NCBI GenBank assembly: GCA_018651345.1
Contig: JABIEF010000057.1
Location: 8,178-72,177, forward strand
Direction: 5' to 3'
From: Rhodobiaceae bacterium
GTDB lineage: Bacteria; Pseudomonadota; Alphaproteobacteria; Rhizobiales; TMED25
DNA length: 64,000 nucleotides
Below the pieces are notes generated by a model. That model ran no database searches, was not told the origin of the DNA, and was given only the letters and a program-made list of their open reading frames with translations. The position numbers and the translations under genes are program-made. Shown in pieces: positions 59,811-64,000 of this stretch (positions are counted from its first letter, which is position 1; every line of letters begins with the position of its first letter).

Positions 59811-60782
59811 ATGATTGAAAAAAAAGTAACTAGACAAGATTTGGCTGATGCTGCTGACAAATATAAGAATTGGGGTAAGTGGGGTCCAGATGATGAGATT
59901 GGTACTCTAAATAACGTGACTGCAAATGATATAATTGAAGCAGCGCAACTTGTTAAAAAAGGAAAAGTGATATCACTTGCATTGAATTTTGATCATACAG
60001 GACCACAAGGTGCCAAGACTAAATATCCGTCAATGGGCAGGACTAACCCTATTCACTCTATGTTAAGAACGGGAACCGATGCTTATTCTGGTGTTCTTGA
60101 TAAACGAGGAATTAAAGCTGCGGATGATATGGTTATGTTACCAACGCATGGTGGAACTCATTGGGATGGATTAGGGCATGTATTTTATGAACATCACATG
60201 TGGAATGGATATGATTGTAGAGAAGTGACATCTGCTGGTGCACAAAAATGTGGTATTGAAAATACAAAAGATAAGATGGTTGGTAGGGGCGTTTTGTTAG
60301 ATGTTGCAAGGGCTTTAGGCAAGGATTTTCTTGAAGATGGCTATGCAATTACATGTGAAGATCTTGATCTTACAGCAGAAAAACAAGGTATCAAAATTAA
60401 TAAAGGTGATTTTGTTATAGTACGAACTGGGCAAATGGAAGAATGCCTTAGGAAAGGCAGTTGGGATGGTTACCCAGGTGGCGACGCACCTGGAATGGGC
60501 TTTGATACTCTTGAATGGATTCAAAAGACAGAATTAGCTGCTTTAGCAAGCGATACATGGGGTTGTGAAGTCCGGCCTAACCAAAGTGAAGATGGTATTA
60601 ATCAACCTTGGCACTGGATAACTATTCCTATTCAAGGCATGACAATGGGTGAAATATTCAATTTGAAGGAAATTGCAGAAGATTGTTTAGCTGACGGCGT
60701 TTATGAATTTTTATTTGTTGCCCCTTCAATACCGATTACAGGCGCAGTTGGTTCGCCAGTTAACCCAATAGCAATTAAATAA
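59811..60782 (+). CDS. putative cyclase family metal-dependent hydrolase (kynurenine formamidase/isatin hydrolase-like)
   Basis: HGGTHWDGLGH matches the H-x-G-T-H-x-D-x3-H cyclase-family motif. ATG at 59811 follows an AAGGAG RBS. The track TTG at 59772 lies inside the upstream gene. Confidence 0.75.
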   Translation: MIEKKVTRQDLADAADKYKNWGKWGPDDEIGTLNNVTANDIIEAAQLVKKGKVISLALNFDHTGPQGAKTKYPSMGRTNPIHSMLRTGTDAYSGVLDKRGIKAADDMVMLPTHGGTHWDGLGHVFYEHHMWNGYDCREVTSAGAQKCGIENTKDKMVGRGVLLDVARALGKDFLEDGYAITCEDLDLTAEKQGIKINKGDFVIVRTGQMEECLRKGSWDGYPGGDAPGMGFDTLEWIQKTELAALASDTWGCEVRPNQSEDGINQPWHWITIPIQGMTMGEIFNLKEIAEDCLADGVYEFLFVAPSIPITGAVGSPVNPIAIK

Positions 60783-60800
60783 TAAAGTAAGGATCTACAG

Positions 60801-62489
60801 ATGACTAACAAATTAACAGGAGCAAAAGTTTTAGCAAAAATGCTTGATGATTATGGTGTAACGGATATTTTCCATGTACCGGCTGTTTTACGTACCACTA
60901 TGGTTGAATTAGAGGTTTCTACATCTATTCGAAGAATACATGCTCACGGTGAAAAATCCGCTGCATATATGGCAGATGGTTATGCAAGGGCGTCTGGTCG
61001 ACCTGGTATTTGTGCCGCACAAATTATTGGAGCATTAAATCTTGCAGCTGGTTTAAGAGATGCATGGTTAGCTAAATCCCCAGTTATAGCGTTGACTGGT
61101 GGACGTGACCAAGCAACAAAATTTAAAAAAGCCTATCAAGAGGTAGATGATCTTCCGGCTTTTGAACCCGTTACAAAATTTAACGCAACCGTTGATTCTG
61201 CCGATAGATTTCCTGATATGCTTAATCAAGCATTCAGAATTGCTGTATCTGGTTCTCCAGGTCCTGTGCATCTTCAATTTAAAGGAAATGAAGGCCAGGT
61301 TGATCAAGAAAGTTTTAATGAAAACCTGAGTTCACAAATAGATAGTACATTTATAAAAGTTCCTCCTTACAGAATAAAAGGTGACCCTGAAGCTATAAAA
61401 AAAGGATTAGAATTATTACAAGATGCTAAAAAGCCTGTAATTGTTATTGGAGGCGGTGCAAAGTGGTCAAGTGCCGGTGATTCAATTGCGAAATTAGCAG
61501 ATATACTGCAAATACCAATGGTAACATCCTTAAATGGTAAAGATACGCTAACCAGTAATAATAAGTTAAATATGGGTGTAGTTGGTACTTATTCTAGAGC
61601 TTCTGCCAATAGGGTTGTTGTTGAGGCAGATTTTGTTCTGTTTATTGGAACTGACCTTGGAGGAATGATAACAAATTTTTGGACAACCCCTAAGATTGGT
61701 ATTCCTGCGATTCAGATAGATACCGATCCAGAAGTTATGGGCAGAAATTATCCTCTTAAGGTTTCGATATTAGGCGACGCCAAATTAACGATAGATGAAA
61801 TGGTCGAACGAGCTGATCCTGGGACCGCATCTTCAAGAGCTGAATGGATAAATAAAGTAAAGGGATACTCTGATGCGTGGTATTTAGAGTATAATTCATT
61901 GTTAACATCTGATGCTGTGCCAATCAGACCAGAACGCATATGCCATGAATTAAGTAAAAATCTTCCAGATGATGCAGTTGTTGTTGTTGATACTGGCCAT
62001 GGTGGAATGTGGATGGGGGGGATGTATGATTTAAAATCACCAAAACAAAACTATATGCGTTCCGGAGGGCATCTAGGATGGGCTTTCCCTGCAGCTTTGG
62101 GAGCAAAAAGTGCTGTTCCAGATAGACCTGTGGTGTGTTTCACTGGTGATGCAGGATTTTGGTATCATATTGGTGAAATTGAAACAGCTGTACGTTGGAA
62201 TATTAACGCTGTGATAGTTGTTAATAATAATAGATCTGGAAACCAATCAAAAAGAGGTTTTGATAGAGTTTATGGAGGCGAGCAAACTGAGAAAGCAAGG
62301 GAGATGTGGACTTTTGGAGAGGTTAACTTTGCAAAAGTTGCCGAAAGCATCGGTGCATTGGGTTTGCGAGTTGAAAAACCAGGAGACTTTGCTCCAGCTT
62401 TAGCAAAAGCAATTGATGCAAAAAGGCCTGTTATTATTGATGTTGTAACAGATATTGATGCTTTGGCACCTCTTGCGTACACAATTTAA
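60801..62489 (+). CDS. thiamine diphosphate-dependent enzyme (acetolactate synthase large subunit-like)
   Basis: 562 aa with the PYR-domain Glu (HGEKSAAYMADGYAR) and the canonical GDAGF...VVNNN ThDP/Mg motif. Confidence 0.8.
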   Translation: MTNKLTGAKVLAKMLDDYGVTDIFHVPAVLRTTMVELEVSTSIRRIHAHGEKSAAYMADGYARASGRPGICAAQIIGALNLAAGLRDAWLAKSPVIALTGGRDQATKFKKAYQEVDDLPAFEPVTKFNATVDSADRFPDMLNQAFRIAVSGSPGPVHLQFKGNEGQVDQESFNENLSSQIDSTFIKVPPYRIKGDPEAIKKGLELLQDAKKPVIVIGGGAKWSSAGDSIAKLADILQIPMVTSLNGKDTLTSNNKLNMGVVGTYSRASANRVVVEADFVLFIGTDLGGMITNFWTTPKIGIPAIQIDTDPEVMGRNYPLKVSILGDAKLTIDEMVERADPGTASSRAEWINKVKGYSDAWYLEYNSLLTSDAVPIRPERICHELSKNLPDDAVVVVDTGHGGMWMGGMYDLKSPKQNYMRSGGHLGWAFPAALGAKSAVPDRPVVCFTGDAGFWYHIGEIETAVRWNINAVIVVNNNRSGNQSKRGFDRVYGGEQTEKAREMWTFGEVNFAKVAESIGALGLRVEKPGDFAPALAKAIDAKRPVIIDVVTDIDALAPLAYTI

Positions 62490-62589
62490 TATTGCATAAC
62501 GGGAATTTCATGCTTATATGAACCTAACTAGTGTGTTATAATAAAAAACTTTTACATAAATATAGATATAAATCAGAAGTGAGATAGAT

Positions 62590-63888
62590 ATGATAAATGC
62601 CTTTTCGCCAAGAATATTAAGACCTGAAGATGCGAATCAAAATTGGAATTGGGACAGAGAAATTCCATCCCCTGGATTTCGCGAAGTTGATTTTGAAACT
62701 AGAATTGATATGCAAAGACTTCGTAAATATAGAATGTCAAGAGCAAAGAATGCGCTTAAAGAATCAGATCTTGGTGCAATGTTGTTATTTGATGTTAATA
62801 ATATTCGTTATGTTACAGGCACAAAGATTGGTGAATGGGAAAGAGATAAATTATGTCGTTTTGCTCTATTGGCAGGTGATGAAGAGCCTATAGTATGGGA
62901 TTTTGGTTCAGCTGCTATGCATCATCAGGCGAATTGTGACTGGCTTGATCCAGCAAAATGCGTTGCCGGTATGACTGGTATGAGAGGAACTGTGCCCCCA
63001 TCCGTTGGTCTTATGAAAAATCATGCAGAAGAAATAATGAGTTATCTAAAGAAAGCCGGCGTAAGTAATATGAAGGTTGGTTTAGATATAGCAGAGACTG
63101 CAATGTTTTTTGAATTACAAAATGCAGGAATTAATATAGTTGATGGCCAGCAAGTGATGTTAAATGCCAGGGAAATTAAAAATGTTGATGAAATAACTTT
63201 ACTTAATCAAGCTGCAAGTATGGTTGATGGCGTTTATCATATGATTTATAAAGAATTAAGACCTGGTATTAGAGAAAATGATATAGTTGCTATGGCAAAT
63301 AAAATGCTCTACGAAATGGGTTCAGATGATGTGGAGGCTATTAATGCTATTTCTGGAGAAAGATGCAGTCCGCACCCTCATAATTTTACTGACAGAATGT
63401 TCAGACCTGGTGACCAAGCATTTTTTGATATATTGCAGTCATACCAAGGTTATAGAACCTGTTATTATAGGACTTTTAATATTGGAATGTCCACTCCAGA
63501 ACAGACAGATGCTTATGTACAGTGTCGGGAATGGCTAAATAAAGCAATTGAACTAATAAAACCGGGTGTAACAACAGATACTGTTGCAAAAGTTTGGCCA
63601 AAGGCTGAAGAATTTGGCTTCCCGAATGAAATGGCTGCTTTTGGACTGCAGTTTGGCCATGGGCTAGGTTTAGCTTTGCATGAAAGGCCTATAATATCAC
63701 GTCTAGTTTCATTAGATAATCCAATGGAAATAAAAACAGGTATGGTATTTGCTCTAGAAACTTACTGCCCAGCAAAAGATGGTTTTTCAGCCGCAAGGAT
63801 TGAAGAAGAGGTTATTGTAACTGATAAGGGATGTAAGGTGATATCACTATTCCCTGCAGAAACATTACCAATCGCTAATCGATATTAA
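62590..63888 (+). CDS. M24-fold (creatinase/Xaa-Pro peptidase-like) hydrolase with a non-canonical metal site
   Basis: 432 aa with a creatinase-type N-domain and a pita-bread domain. D280, H357, E390 and the E404-406 region are present. The second Asp of the GY..D.TRTF motif reads Cys (GYRTCYYRTF, C291). Confidence 0.7.
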   Translation: MINAFSPRILRPEDANQNWNWDREIPSPGFREVDFETRIDMQRLRKYRMSRAKNALKESDLGAMLLFDVNNIRYVTGTKIGEWERDKLCRFALLAGDEEPIVWDFGSAAMHHQANCDWLDPAKCVAGMTGMRGTVPPSVGLMKNHAEEIMSYLKKAGVSNMKVGLDIAETAMFFELQNAGINIVDGQQVMLNAREIKNVDEITLLNQAASMVDGVYHMIYKELRPGIRENDIVAMANKMLYEMGSDDVEAINAISGERCSPHPHNFTDRMFRPGDQAFFDILQSYQGYRTCYYRTFNIGMSTPEQTDAYVQCREWLNKAIELIKPGVTTDTVAKVWPKAEEFGFPNEMAAFGLQFGHGLGLALHERPIISRLVSLDNPMEIKTGMVFALETYCPAKDGFSAARIEEEVIVTDKGCKVISLFPAETLPIANRY

Positions 63889-63915
63889 ACTTTATTATTA
63901 ATCGGGAAATTAATA

Positions 63916-64000
63916 TGTCGGATAAAAATGCCGCTTTGGTTAATGACGATATTGCCGAAGAGATTAGGTTAGAATTATATCGCAGTCAGTATCTTATAAG
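63916..64000 (+). CDS. 5-prime fragment of a gene, possibly a 2-oxoacid dehydrogenase E1 alpha subunit
   Basis: Hand translation gives MSDKNAALVNDDIAEEIRLELYRSQYLI. The LY+..L.I pattern resembles the N-terminus of E1-alpha/AcoA proteins. Only 28 codons are visible. Confidence 0.3.

Noticed and set aside
39743-63888. Elevated GC in the enzyme islands as evidence of horizontal transfer.
   Set aside because: Hand counts of single 60-nt lines gave 22-29 G+C in island genes (lines 40141, 44101, 45181, 56401, 61021, 63001). Lines in ccmC, potC and DUF1365 gave 18-19, and a line in the CFA-synthase-like gene gave 10. A line in the conserved housekeeping gene typA gave 24, and the island decarboxylase gave 18-21. 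The variation tracks protein conservation and is not diagnostic. A proper sliding-window and codon-usage analysis is needed.

Overview
The window is strongly AT-rich, very gene-dense, and mostly alphaproteobacterial housekeeping backbone. I recognise no rRNA, CRISPR array, transposase, integrase or phage genes. Gene content and order (rplU-rpmA-obg-proB-proA, tatABC, ccmABCDG, dapF-mtaB-ftsY divergent from ffh-rpsP-rimM-trmD, a polyamine pot operon) plus the composition suggest a streamlined marine alphaproteobacterium of the Pelagibacterales/HIMB59 type. That placement is inference only. I call 66 CDS, including a partial proA at the left edge, a partial gene at the right edge, and a 50-codon ccmD missing from the ORF track. 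I also call one tRNA-Ser(CGA), three ECF-type promoter motifs, two hairpin terminators and three short repeats. Four things deserve a second look. (1) A complete sigmaE/ChrR (zinc anti-sigma plus cupin) module sits next to its classical target lipid-modification operon (FAD oxidoreductase, DUF1365, CFA-synthase-like). TGATC[CT]-N16-CGTA occurs three times, each exactly upstream of a transcription unit, and two copies lie back to back. (2) An operon encodes a thiolase-fold protein in which all three SCP2-thiolase catalytic fingerprints are replaced. It is tightly coupled to a DUF35 zinc-ribbon/OB protein and a ThDP enzyme with an atypical Mg motif, so it is a candidate non-thiolytic C-C lyase/ligase module. 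(3) A second unassigned enzyme island at 55.6-64 kb includes an ACAD-like protein with Asp at the catalytic-base position and an M24-fold hydrolase with a Cys at a metal-ligand position. (4) The rpsP-rimM-trmD operon is not followed by rplS. Pathway-level interpretations are hypotheses; I could not run any search.
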